A program made the position numbers and the translations under genes. DNA of 64,000 nucleotides from a virus (taxonomy: Duplodnaviria > Heunggongvirae > Uroviricota > Caudoviricetes). Under the pieces are notes generated by a model. The model searched no databases. It saw only the letters and a program-made list of their open reading frames with translations, and was not told where the DNA came from. The stretch is from the IMG/VR virus record IMGVR_UViG_3300031087_000514. One strand, written 5' to 3'. This document shows, one piece after another, positions 19,742 through 28,793 of this stretch (position 1 is its first letter; every line of letters begins with the position of its first letter).

Positions 19742-19742
19742 A

Positions 19743-20027
19743 TCATCGGTGGAATAGGTAGTACACTGCTAAAACGATAATTCCAATAGCATTCAAAGAC
19801 ATCAGCCCGTATCCAATGTATTTCGCTGGACGGGCTGATGTCTTTTGGTATGACCAGCTGGATAATGTTATGAGAAGAGCCATCAGGTAGCCCGCTCCGC
19901 TGATGATCCATTCCTGGGTAGAGAATCCTACAATGGTGAAGAAAAGAAGCGCATCAGCGTAGAGGAAGCTTACCCAATACAAGGTTCTGTCAGGATTGAC
20001 TGTTTCTACTTCCTTTACTGTATTCAT
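19743..20027 (-). CDS. small membrane protein (2-3 TM)
   Basis: Hydrophobic 94-aa ORF. Confidence 0.45.
   Translation of the reverse strand: MNTVKEVETVNPDRTLYWVSFLYADALLFFTIVGFSTQEWIISGAGYLMALLITLSSWSYQKTSARPAKYIGYGLMSLNAIGIIVLAVYYLFHR
19796..19850 (+). terminator. rho-independent terminator
   Basis: 15-bp stem aagacatcagcccgt/acgggctgatgtctt followed by ttggta. Confidence 0.65.
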
Positions 20028-20133
20028 GTAAGTATTAATCGGCTAATTTTGAAAAAGGGGTCAATTTATCGTCGTTATGACGATAAACATGTTAGAATAT
20101 CCTCAGAAGATAATAACAAAGGACACCTTCCTC

Positions 20134-21087
20134 ATGAAAGTATACAACGACACAGTTGTAATGACTGACTCCCTGATCCGCATGCTTGATAGATATCGCG
20201 CTGAACGAGGTTTTAACGCCTCAGAATGGGTTGAGCGTAAAGTTGCTCTCATCAACGCTTATTTCACGCAGAGTGGCCTGTCAGGGGCTGTTGTAGGGGT
20301 CTCAGGAGGTATTGACTCCGCTGTTGCTCTTTCTCTTGTCGTGAAAGCATCACAGGTGGAAGACAGTCCAATCAAGAAGATTGTTCCGATTCTTCTCCCC
20401 GCATTTTCTTACACAGGAGCTACCCGTCAGAACGAAGCTACAAACCGAGCAGAAAGCCTGTGCACAAAACTTGGACTCGAAGCAGTCATCTTCCATCAGC
20501 TCACACCAATGGCTGAAATGATGAATGCAGAATTAGAGAACGTTTTGGGAATTCGGGCAACCCCTTGGGCAAAAGGCCAGTTAGTTGCATACACCCGAAC
20601 CCCAATCCTGTACAGCACCTGCTCCATTCTCACGGACGCAGGATATCCAGCCTTAGTCATTGGAACTACAAATCTGTCAGAAGGTGGATACTTAGGTTAT
20701 GTCGGTAAAGCCGCTGATGGCATGGTTGACTTGCAGGTAGTGAGTGACTTGTACAAATCAGAAGTGTACCAAGTTGCGGAACTGCTAGAAGTACCAAACC
20801 TCATTATGAAAGCAACACCAACAGGAGACATGTTTGACGGTCGGGATGACGAAACAGTGTTCGGAGCTTCCTACGACTTCGTGGAACTCTACCACCTCTG
20901 GCTGCAAAATGGCTCCGACCCTGAACTTCTGAAGGATGAAACATTCGCAGCAGGAGCGGCGAACCTTGAAAAGATGCACGCTTACAACGGTCATAAATAT
21001 CTGTACGGTACACCATCAGTTCATTTGGATATACTTCGTGCAGACATCCCTGGTGGTTGGAATAACAAAGCTTGGAGCGCTGAATAA
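20134..21087 (+). CDS. NadE-like PP-loop amidotransferase/NAD+ synthetase family protein
   Basis: SGGIDS PP-loop motif; AAAGGA RBS for the 20134 ATG; first gene of a 3-gene overlapping operon. Confidence 0.7.
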   Translation: MKVYNDTVVMTDSLIRMLDRYRAERGFNASEWVERKVALINAYFTQSGLSGAVVGVSGGIDSAVALSLVVKASQVEDSPIKKIVPILLPAFSYTGATRQNEATNRAESLCTKLGLEAVIFHQLTPMAEMMNAELENVLGIRATPWAKGQLVAYTRTPILYSTCSILTDAGYPALVIGTTNLSEGGYLGYVGKAADGMVDLQVVSDLYKSEVYQVAELLEVPNLIMKATPTGDMFDGRDDETVFGASYDFVELYHLWLQNGSDPELLKDETFAAGAANLEKMHAYNGHKYLYGTPSVHLDILRADIPGGWNNKAWSAE

Positions 21088-21827
21088 TGGCGACCAAATT
21101 TGTCAACCAAATTGACTTCACTATTCCAGCTATCCAACATGAAGTTGAAGTGGAGCCACTTCCTGAGTTAGACCGTTCAGCAGTGGTTATCCCTAACCTT
21201 ATCCCAAGCAAAGAACGAGCTCATATTCTCCAAGAACTCAGTAAAGCGAACTGGCAGCCAGTATCCATCACCGGAATGTCAGGTAACTGGAAGCCAGGGG
21301 ATGAAATTGGGTCTTACCGAGCCTCAAACTACACACCAGAATATGCCACTGTATTATGGGACAGAATCAAACACGCTTTCCCAACAGTTCGAGTGTTCAA
21401 TCAGGAAGACAACACTGATTTTGATGACCACGAACTCTGGGAACCTGTTGGAGTTTCTCCACTGCTTCGTTTCATCAAATACGAAGATGGAGGCTGGCTT
21501 GTTGTTCACTATGACGCTCCATATGTTGAAGATGAGGACACCAGGACACTGCAAAGCTTTGTTATTTACTTAGAACAGAGTCCCACGATTACAGGTGGAG
21601 CAACTCGATACCTGCAAGACCCGCAAGCAGGGATTCCTATTGCTCAACGTATTTTAGATGACCAGAAACGTGCAGCAACCGAGGATGAAGTCCGTCTTCG
21701 TTTCATCCCTGAAAATGGAACAGGTGCCATCTTTGACCACAGACTTCTTCACGATGCTGAGCTCGTTCAGGGCGAAGGTCACAAAATTATTATCCGTACC
21801 GACATTATGTACAGGAAAGTCCGATGA
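21087..21827 (+). CDS. 2OG-Fe(II) oxygenase (prolyl-4-hydroxylase-like)
   Basis: HYD ... H facial triad (VVHYDAPY; IFDHRLLHDAE) and RTD Arg; TAATG/ATGA overlaps with neighbours. Confidence 0.6.
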   Translation: MATKFVNQIDFTIPAIQHEVEVEPLPELDRSAVVIPNLIPSKERAHILQELSKANWQPVSITGMSGNWKPGDEIGSYRASNYTPEYATVLWDRIKHAFPTVRVFNQEDNTDFDDHELWEPVGVSPLLRFIKYEDGGWLVVHYDAPYVEDEDTRTLQSFVIYLEQSPTITGGATRYLQDPQAGIPIAQRILDDQKRAATEDEVRLRFIPENGTGAIFDHRLLHDAELVQGEGHKIIIRTDIMYRKVR

Positions 21828-23335
21828 AAACAGACCGCTATTTTGATGCGTTATACGAACGCACTCACAGTGAACAGGATTTAACAACAGCTGGTTGGTT
21901 AGAAAAGCCAACGCAAGTGAACCAGCAGTTACGGTATTACACAACGCCAGTTGATGCTATCCGTGATGCAGGCAAGGAAGAAGTCTCTGTTCTGTTTTAC
22001 CCAGGATGTTTCGCCCCAGTGCATGAAGGTCATATCACTGCAATGCGCTTAGCCAAGGAAGCTGTCGAAGCGACAGGCGAAACAGTGGTCGCTGGTTTCT
22101 TCACACCAGACCATGATGACTACATTATGCGTAAAACGCATGATGAACGTTTCACAGCAGCGAACCGGGTAGAGCTGCTACATGCAGTAACTAAAACAGA
22201 AACATGGATGCAGGTAGACCCTTGGGCTGCTCAGTATGCTCCTACTGATTTGAACTTCACCACATTGTATGATCGTTTGAATCAATACCTCAAACGTTGG
22301 GTACCAAACGTCAAAGTAAAGCTCTACATGGTGTTTGGTGGAGACAACTACATGTTCGCTAATGCTTTCACTGAATATGGGTATGGGGTTTGCGTTCCTC
22401 GTGAAGGAGTTTCTATTGACTGGACCACAGTCCATCCTGATGCTCAAAAGCGTGTAGTTCTCAGTACGAAAAGCAGCACAAATCATTCATCCACAGCGGC
22501 CCGAGCAATGTACTCAAACCCTGCTGAAAAAGGTGGTCGGAGTACGATGGGTAAGCGCTACGTCCTTCGCAACGATTTAGATGCAGCATTTGAGAACACT
22601 ACGGAGTACCCGAATTATCTTATCGCTCAGACTCTGCAGATTCTCTTCCACTCACATCTTCCAGAGGATATCAGTGTCCAAACAGTTGATATTCATGACC
22701 AGTTCCAGCATCATCAGGAAAAAGCTGGGATCATTTCAATGGATTCATTTTGGAAAGCTGAATACAATCTTGACATTACCAGACTCTTCAATGCAGCAGG
22801 TGGCCAGAATCATCCGTTACGGTACATCAACCGCCCAGGTTCCGATGATTTGCAAACACAAATCAAACGAATCCCAGAAGGTGAATATGTACTTGCAGAT
22901 GACGACATCGCTACTGGTGAAACCATGAAATTTGTTTCCAATGTGTTAGGCACTCACGGCATCAGAATTGTGGACACTCTAAGTCTTATCAATGAACTCA
23001 ACACTGACCTGTACGATTTAGCTGACATGAGAGACTATGTGTTAGGGGCAAAGAATGGTGGGTTGACCGTTGTTGCTCCAAACGGTCAAGTGACACGAAT
23101 GCCGTACTTTGCTTCCTATGTGAACGTTTCAGCAAGAACACGTATTCAGCCTAATAAAGCTCGCAGTTTCTCTATTGAAATTTGGAAGCTCAATCGCTCT
23201 TTGTATAAGAACAGTAGCCTTACCGTAGGAGACATTAAAGAGCATCAAGATTTCACCCTCTTTGGGTTCTCAGAGCAGATGCGGCTTGTTGAATTATGTG
23301 AGAAGCATTTAGAGCTGTTAGGTGTGCAAAGCTGA
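21824..23335 (+). CDS. bifunctional nicotinamide/nicotinate mononucleotide adenylyltransferase fused to type I phosphoribosyltransferase-like domain
   Basis: N-terminal FYPGCFAPVHEGH (H/T)xGH nucleotidyltransferase motif; C-terminal YVLADDDIATGETM PRPP-binding loop. Confidence 0.65.
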   Translation: MKTDRYFDALYERTHSEQDLTTAGWLEKPTQVNQQLRYYTTPVDAIRDAGKEEVSVLFYPGCFAPVHEGHITAMRLAKEAVEATGETVVAGFFTPDHDDYIMRKTHDERFTAANRVELLHAVTKTETWMQVDPWAAQYAPTDLNFTTLYDRLNQYLKRWVPNVKVKLYMVFGGDNYMFANAFTEYGYGVCVPREGVSIDWTTVHPDAQKRVVLSTKSSTNHSSTAARAMYSNPAEKGGRSTMGKRYVLRNDLDAAFENTTEYPNYLIAQTLQILFHSHLPEDISVQTVDIHDQFQHHQEKAGIISMDSFWKAEYNLDITRLFNAAGGQNHPLRYINRPGSDDLQTQIKRIPEGEYVLADDDIATGETMKFVSNVLGTHGIRIVDTLSLINELNTDLYDLADMRDYVLGAKNGGLTVVAPNGQVTRMPYFASYVNVSARTRIQPNKARSFSIEIWKLNRSLYKNSSLTVGDIKEHQDFTLFGFSEQMRLVELCEKHLELLGVQS

Positions 23336-23352
23336 TACGATAGAACTTACTT

Positions 23353-23946
23353 ATGTTCGCTGTACTCACCGCCTTAGGCTTATCTGTTTCCGCAGGACTC
23401 AACGCGTACCTGCCGTTACTTGCTGTTGGTCTTCTCACCAAATACACTGATGTGTTTCAGCTTCCCAACGGATGGTCCTGGCTGAATCAAGATTGGGTGC
23501 TGATTCTATTCGGGTTACTTGCATTAGCTGAGTTTGTCGCAGATAAAGTTCCAGCGATTGACACATTCAACGACATTATTCAAACAGTAGTACGCCCTTC
23601 ATCAGGAGGTGTCGTATTTGCAGTAGGAATAGGTTCACATACTACTCCTATCACAAATTGGGATGCGTTCATTCATTCACAAGCGTTTCCTAGCATTGTT
23701 GTAGGTGTGGTGATTGCATTGATTCCACATTTGATGAAGATGCTCATCCGTCCAGTCTTAAATGCAACAACTGCTGGGTTAGCTACCCCGTTAGTGAGTT
23801 TCGGTGAAGATGTCATTTCGGTAGCATTGATTGCATTATCCATTTTCCTTCCTATCCTTGTCCCAGTAGCAGTAGTGCTACTCTTCATCATCGCTGTACG
23901 AGTTATCAAACGGTTGCGTAGTAGGACGCAGGTGCAAACAGCATAA
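23353..23946 (+). CDS. polytopic membrane protein
   Basis: 4-5 hydrophobic segments. Confidence 0.5.
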   Translation: MFAVLTALGLSVSAGLNAYLPLLAVGLLTKYTDVFQLPNGWSWLNQDWVLILFGLLALAEFVADKVPAIDTFNDIIQTVVRPSSGGVVFAVGIGSHTTPITNWDAFIHSQAFPSIVVGVVIALIPHLMKMLIRPVLNATTAGLATPLVSFGEDVISVALIALSIFLPILVPVAVVLLFIIAVRVIKRLRSRTQVQTA

Positions 23947-23996
23947 GAGCATGTCAAGCTAAAAATCCAGAGACCTGTAAATACCACGGCTATGCT

Positions 23997-24617
23997 GTGT
24001 ATGAGCAAAAACGGAATATGCAATCTCCTTCATGGACTACAGAAGAATCTTATGATTTCTTGACGATGCATGGAGTAAATCTTCTTCCTCTTGGAACAGT
24101 GAAGAAGTGGAACTCAGAGCAGGATTATAAAGCATCATTCTATGAAGTTGAAAATGAATTAACTGGATTATTCTCTGGTGGTGGGAGTGGTGAAGAGAAG
24201 ATAGCTCTTATCGACAAAGACCTTCCTTTTGTTGTGAAATTCGCTGGAGACCCAGATTACCAGAATGGTGCAGATGGATTATCCTCCACCTTCCAAGAGT
24301 ATGCCGCAAGCCGCGATGGTTTGAACGGTCAGGATGTAATGGCAAGAACTGAACTATTCTGGCATAAGAATGGTTTCCCTATTATTGTTCAAGAAAAGCT
24401 GACCCACTTGACCCGTAGAGTGATAACAGAGCTTGCTGAGCAATTGCCCTGGTTGCCGAAATCTTTCCACTCGTATGCTCAGATAGGACAAAATGGTTCT
24501 GGTAAATGGCGTATTTACGATTTGGATGCGGGAACGCTTATGGACTTCTACCCTGAAGAAACAGGTCAGAAAGTTCTTGACCAAGTATGGGATGAGTTTT
24601 TCCAATTGAAGAAATAG
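23997..24617 (+). CDS. hypothetical protein; family Cys motif (ACQAKNPETCKYHG) encoded in frame upstream at 23949-23990 without any start codon
   Basis: Only a GTG at 23997 is available; in-frame upstream codons encode the conserved motif but contain no ATG/GTG/TTG. Confidence 0.45.
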   Translation: MYEQKRNMQSPSWTTEESYDFLTMHGVNLLPLGTVKKWNSEQDYKASFYEVENELTGLFSGGGSGEEKIALIDKDLPFVVKFAGDPDYQNGADGLSSTFQEYAASRDGLNGQDVMARTELFWHKNGFPIIVQEKLTHLTRRVITELAEQLPWLPKSFHSYAQIGQNGSGKWRIYDLDAGTLMDFYPEETGQKVLDQVWDEFFQLKK

Positions 24618-24717
24618 CACTAAATTGGTCCATTGCCGATAGACTGGGTAAGCATGTACTCATGTCTGCCCTGGCAGTAAACCAGTTTATTCTATTTAGA
24701 CAGTAAGGAAAACCCTC

Positions 24718-25974
24718 ATGGTTTCAAAACCAGAACGGGGTCGATACTTGACCCTAGAAGATGTCCGTGTTTCATATAAGCACAAAGATGACACCATCCA
24801 TCTCACCTCAGCTGACCCAGATATTCCAAACGGGTCATTCTACATTACGTTGAATCGTGATACTCCAACCGAAGAAGCTCTCAGAGAACTACTGATTGAG
24901 CGCGGTTATATCAAAGAGAATGATGCTGTCTCTAAGCCAGAAGACACTCAACTGGATTCTATTTACTCATACCGCCCACGGAACCCATTACAGGATTTGC
25001 TTGTGGATAGTTTAGTAGGGAGAGGTAACGTCAACTTCCCTCGTTATGTCCATATTTCAGGACAGCCAGGATGTGGAAAAACATTTTTAGCGGCTCAAAC
25101 CGTGGAAGAAGCTTCTGCTATGGGAATCAATACATATATCATCTCTGCAGATGTACAAGCTTACCTTCCCAAAGTTCAAGGTACTTGTACAACTATAAAT
25201 TTACCAGATTTACCAGAAGGCTCTCTGAACCCTTTTGCTTTAGGTTTGAATGTAGATGAGATACTGAATTTTTTGATTAACTTTATTCTACCTTTGAATA
25301 TTGGGAATATTGATACGCCAGATGGTGCTTATTTTTACGCACAGTATCGTGATCTACTACGAAAAAGTATTGGTCTTGTAGCTACTTACGAGGAGCCTTC
25401 TTTAGATAAAATAGTAGAAAATTTAGAGTCAAAAGTTACATTTGATAGTAAAGTTCAGCTACAAACTTCATTAAAAAGGCTAAAAAAGACAGAATTCGGA
25501 CATCTTCTTTTTGGTACATCACTATACGTAAAAGATATGATTGTAGATAAACACATAATAATTGATACTGGGGCTTTGCCTTATGTTAGTGTGTCACTTT
25601 TGCCTGATACATACACCGTTGAACAATTGGCAGCTGTCCTTATCAAGAAAATAATTGTCAATATTCTCAATAAGAAAATAAACAATTCAAGTCGTCCCAG
25701 TTTGTTCATTATTGAAGAGTCGATAGATTTAGCTGAGGAGATGATTCCTATAATTCGTTCAAAAAATATTACGCTTATTACAATAAACCAAGAACCTATT
25801 ACCCAGTCTAATCTCCGTTTAAGTTCTTCTGCAAATCAGATGATTGGTCGTTCGTCCGACCGAAGCACCCAAGATGCAGTAGATTTGCCCTTAGACAAAC
25901 TGAGCACAGGAGAATTCTTTTGGTACGACATCAACACAGGGAACACTGAGTTTTATAAATCTGCTATTGATTAA
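24718..25974 (+). CDS. P-loop NTPase (Walker A GQPGCGKT, Walker B LFIIEES)
   Basis: AAGGAAAA RBS; C-terminal two thirds strikingly AT-rich. Confidence 0.6.
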   Translation: MVSKPERGRYLTLEDVRVSYKHKDDTIHLTSADPDIPNGSFYITLNRDTPTEEALRELLIERGYIKENDAVSKPEDTQLDSIYSYRPRNPLQDLLVDSLVGRGNVNFPRYVHISGQPGCGKTFLAAQTVEEASAMGINTYIISADVQAYLPKVQGTCTTINLPDLPEGSLNPFALGLNVDEILNFLINFILPLNIGNIDTPDGAYFYAQYRDLLRKSIGLVATYEEPSLDKIVENLESKVTFDSKVQLQTSLKRLKKTEFGHLLFGTSLYVKDMIVDKHIIIDTGALPYVSVSLLPDTYTVEQLAAVLIKKIIVNILNKKINNSSRPSLFIIEESIDLAEEMIPIIRSKNITLITINQEPITQSNLRLSSSANQMIGRSSDRSTQDAVDLPLDKLSTGEFFWYDINTGNTEFYKSAID

Positions 25975-25977
25975 TGA

Positions 25978-26030
25978 GTAAAGGCGGGTCAGAGTAAATA
26001 TATACTCTGACCCGCCTTTACTTTCATTTG
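25978..26030. terminator. bidirectional terminator
   Basis: 18-bp stem gtaaaggcgggtcagagt/actctgacccgcctttac. Confidence 0.8.
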
Positions 26031-26516
26031 TTACATCGTAGCAACAAACTCCTTATCAAACGCCTTTGCGTCAGCTTCGCTGATGCCATGAGCCTTCAAC
26101 CATTCCAGGCGAGCTTCCTTACCGTTCTCAACAGAAACCACGGCCTGCTTGGAAAGCGCGAACAGACCACCATCACGAAGGCGAATGACATGGTAACGGC
26201 TACGGTTGACCTGAGTGACCCGGTATCGCTCGCCACCACGGACTGTCACAATGTCCCCCTCACAAGCCCACGGGGCCATTACCACAGGGGTAGGAACAGG
26301 GGCAGAAACCTGAGCATTGGTACCAGCAGGCTCAACCTTCTCAATCATTTCATAAGGAACGTTGAACCGCTTGTTCGTTCCCCGCTCAATCACAATAACG
26401 TTCTTCGGGTTCGGCTTCTCAATGGTGCCAATGATACGCTTGCCACCTCGGCTCGGAGCGCTGGTAAGAACCTGGTGCTTTTTAACAGTCTTCTGAGTGT
26501 AAATAGTTGCAGACAT
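26031..26516 (-). CDS. hypothetical protein
   Basis: ORF 161 aa. Confidence 0.5.
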   Translation of the reverse strand: MSATIYTQKTVKKHQVLTSAPSRGGKRIIGTIEKPNPKNVIVIERGTNKRFNVPYEMIEKVEPAGTNAQVSAPVPTPVVMAPWACEGDIVTVRGGERYRVTQVNRSRYHVIRLRDGGLFALSKQAVVSVENGKEARLEWLKAHGISEADAKAFDKEFVATM

Positions 26517-26628
26517 AATTTTCTCTCTTATCTCTCAATGAAGTGTTCTGTAACACGAACAAACACCACTATACAAAACCCCACTGACATTTGTCAAGCT
26601 TGAGATAACAAGATGATATAGTGGGCCT

Positions 26629-27405
26629 ATGAGTTATATTAGTCTGAGTACACGAGAAAACGAAACCATCGCCTACGGCACAGGATCAGATAGGGCGAAT
26701 TTTAGCTTTCTTGCTGAGCGAATGTTCGTAGGATTGTTTGCTATGGACGACCCGTATATCTGGGAGAAGATTGCTCCTCACGTCAAAAATGACCCATATG
26801 TGGACAAACGAACTGCGCTCATGAATGATATCAAAGGGTACAGTTTTGAAAGTTCAGTTTTGCATGTGGATGGAGAGCCTATTGACCTGTTTACTGCAAA
26901 ATTGAATACAGCTCTTCGATACGGTTCTGATGCGATGAAGCTTGCTGCTCGCCTGCATGGGCAAAGCGAACTACATTGTTGGGTTGCGGGTAAAAACCGT
27001 GCATGTCTTGCTGACATCATGGAAAATGCTCCAACCACAGTATTCCGCGTCAATACTGAAACAGGTGAAAGCTACTGGAAACCCATCATTGATGCTCTCC
27101 GTGAAACAGATGAAGGGGATGCGGTTTTCTCCTATTCCGTTAGTTCTGGCTTCCCTCTTGTTCAATACGATAAGAAGTTCCTTGCTTCGTTGAAAGAAAT
27201 TGAAGATGAAGAAGATTACGACGAAGGAGAAGCGCGATATCTGTGGAATGAGAAACCTCTTGAAGAACGCTGGGAGAATACCATTGAAGTGTTCAAAGAG
27301 GAAACAGAGTCGCAAATGTTAGAGCTGACTCCTGATAATTGGGACTCGTACTACTTTGGTCAAGGCGCAGATGCTTTGAGCATCCTTGAAAAACTGGGTG
27401 TTTAA
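26629..27405 (+). CDS. hypothetical protein
   Basis: ORF 258 aa. Confidence 0.5.
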   Translation: MSYISLSTRENETIAYGTGSDRANFSFLAERMFVGLFAMDDPYIWEKIAPHVKNDPYVDKRTALMNDIKGYSFESSVLHVDGEPIDLFTAKLNTALRYGSDAMKLAARLHGQSELHCWVAGKNRACLADIMENAPTTVFRVNTETGESYWKPIIDALRETDEGDAVFSYSVSSGFPLVQYDKKFLASLKEIEDEEDYDEGEARYLWNEKPLEERWENTIEVFKEETESQMLELTPDNWDSYYFGQGADALSILEKLGV

Positions 27406-27498
27406 ACTGGTTGAAAAATAAAATCGCAAAATCTGACCTTTTTCGTCATTTTGACGATATAATAAGTTAGGAAAGGTTTTAGGAAGGAAACCAACATC

Positions 27499-28344
27499 AT
27501 GACCACTTTACAGAAGCACATCATTGAAACCCTCGGAGTGAAAGCGAAAGTCAACCCAGAGGAAGAGTTCCGCACTCGTGTAGACTTCCTCAAAGCTTTC
27601 ACTAAAAATGCAGGAACACGTGGATTCGTCCTCGGGATCAGTGGAGGGCAGGATAGTGCTCTGGCTGGATACGTTGCTCAGACAGCTGTTCGTGAGCTCC
27701 GTGATGAAACAGGCAAAGACTATGAATTCCTTGCCCTGCTCCTTCCATACGGTACACAGCGGGACGGGGATGAAGCAGTAACCATCGCAAAAGACTTCAT
27801 CAAAGCCGACCAGGTAATTGAATACAACATCAAAGACACTGTAGATGCTTTCGCAAACACCTTCAACACTATTGCAGATGCTGACCCTGCAAACGGTGAC
27901 AACCTTGCCGACTACCACAAAGGTAACGTCAAAGCACGTGTCCGCGCCATCACACAGTACGCATATGCTGGACAGCGCCAGCTTCTTGTTGTGGGGACCG
28001 ACCATGCAGCAGAAGCGGTCTCGGGATTTTTCACGAAGTTCGGGGACGGTGCTGCTGATGTTTTGCCTCTTAGTGGTTTAAATAAACGCCAGGGTAAAGA
28101 AGTTCTCCGTTTCTTGGGTGCTCCTGAATTTGTCATCACCAAAGCCCCTACTGCTGACCTTTTGGACACTAACGCAGGTCAGGCTGATGAGACTGAACTT
28201 GGCATCACCTACGATGTGCTGGATGACTACCTTGAAGGCAAGACTGTCGCAGAAGCTGCTCAGCAGAAGATTGAACTTCGTTACCTGGTGACTGAACACA
28301 AGCGTCAGCAGCCTGTTGACCCTTTTGCTGACTGGTGGAAGTAA
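27499..28344 (+). CDS. nadE: NH3-dependent NAD+ synthetase
   Basis: Canonical 281-aa NadE with SGGQDS PP-loop; AGGAAGGAA RBS. Confidence 0.85.
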   Translation: MTTLQKHIIETLGVKAKVNPEEEFRTRVDFLKAFTKNAGTRGFVLGISGGQDSALAGYVAQTAVRELRDETGKDYEFLALLLPYGTQRDGDEAVTIAKDFIKADQVIEYNIKDTVDAFANTFNTIADADPANGDNLADYHKGNVKARVRAITQYAYAGQRQLLVVGTDHAAEAVSGFFTKFGDGAADVLPLSGLNKRQGKEVLRFLGAPEFVITKAPTADLLDTNAGQADETELGITYDVLDDYLEGKTVAEAAQQKIELRYLVTEHKRQQPVDPFADWWK

Positions 28345-28354
28345 AATTCAGTAA

Positions 28355-28395
28355 GTGAAGAAAAACTCTCATACTCGAGAGTTTTTCTTCACTTA
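28355..28395. terminator. hairpin terminator
   Basis: 16-bp stem gtgaagaaaaactctc/gagagtttttcttcac. Confidence 0.7.
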
Positions 28396-28433
28396 AGCGG
28401 ATTTATAAGGTCATCTGATAAAGGAGACCTCTC

Positions 28434-28757
28434 ATGACTACTTTCTACAAAGTGTTAGGGCCAGAAAATGAACTTACCTGGATTGCCGCTATCCGGGATG
28501 AACAACGGAATCAAATAGTTGTCTGGGTAACAGATACTGCTCAATGGCATCACCATGTCATGTTGGAAAGCGATTATTACTCTCTTGGACCGTTTGAACC
28601 ATTCATGCATTTCGTTGAAGTACATGCTGATGAAGTTGACCAGCTGTTGGAGAATGTTCCCAGCATTGTAGGAACCTTCTCGGAGCAGTACCTTCGGGAT
28701 GCAAAAACTTGTTCCAGTGAAGAGCTTGGGTTAGGCAAAACCCCTATCCTTGCTTGA
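28434..28757 (+). CDS. hypothetical protein
   Basis: AAAGGAG RBS. Confidence 0.5.
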   Translation: MTTFYKVLGPENELTWIAAIRDEQRNQIVVWVTDTAQWHHHVMLESDYYSLGPFEPFMHFVEVHADEVDQLLENVPSIVGTFSEQYLRDAKTCSSEELGLGKTPILA

Positions 28758-28793
28758 ATGAGAAGTTTTCCTTCTCTGTGATACACTTCCGAG

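Noticed and set aside
27508-28005. 165-aa minus-strand ORF
   Set aside because: Antisense to nadE.
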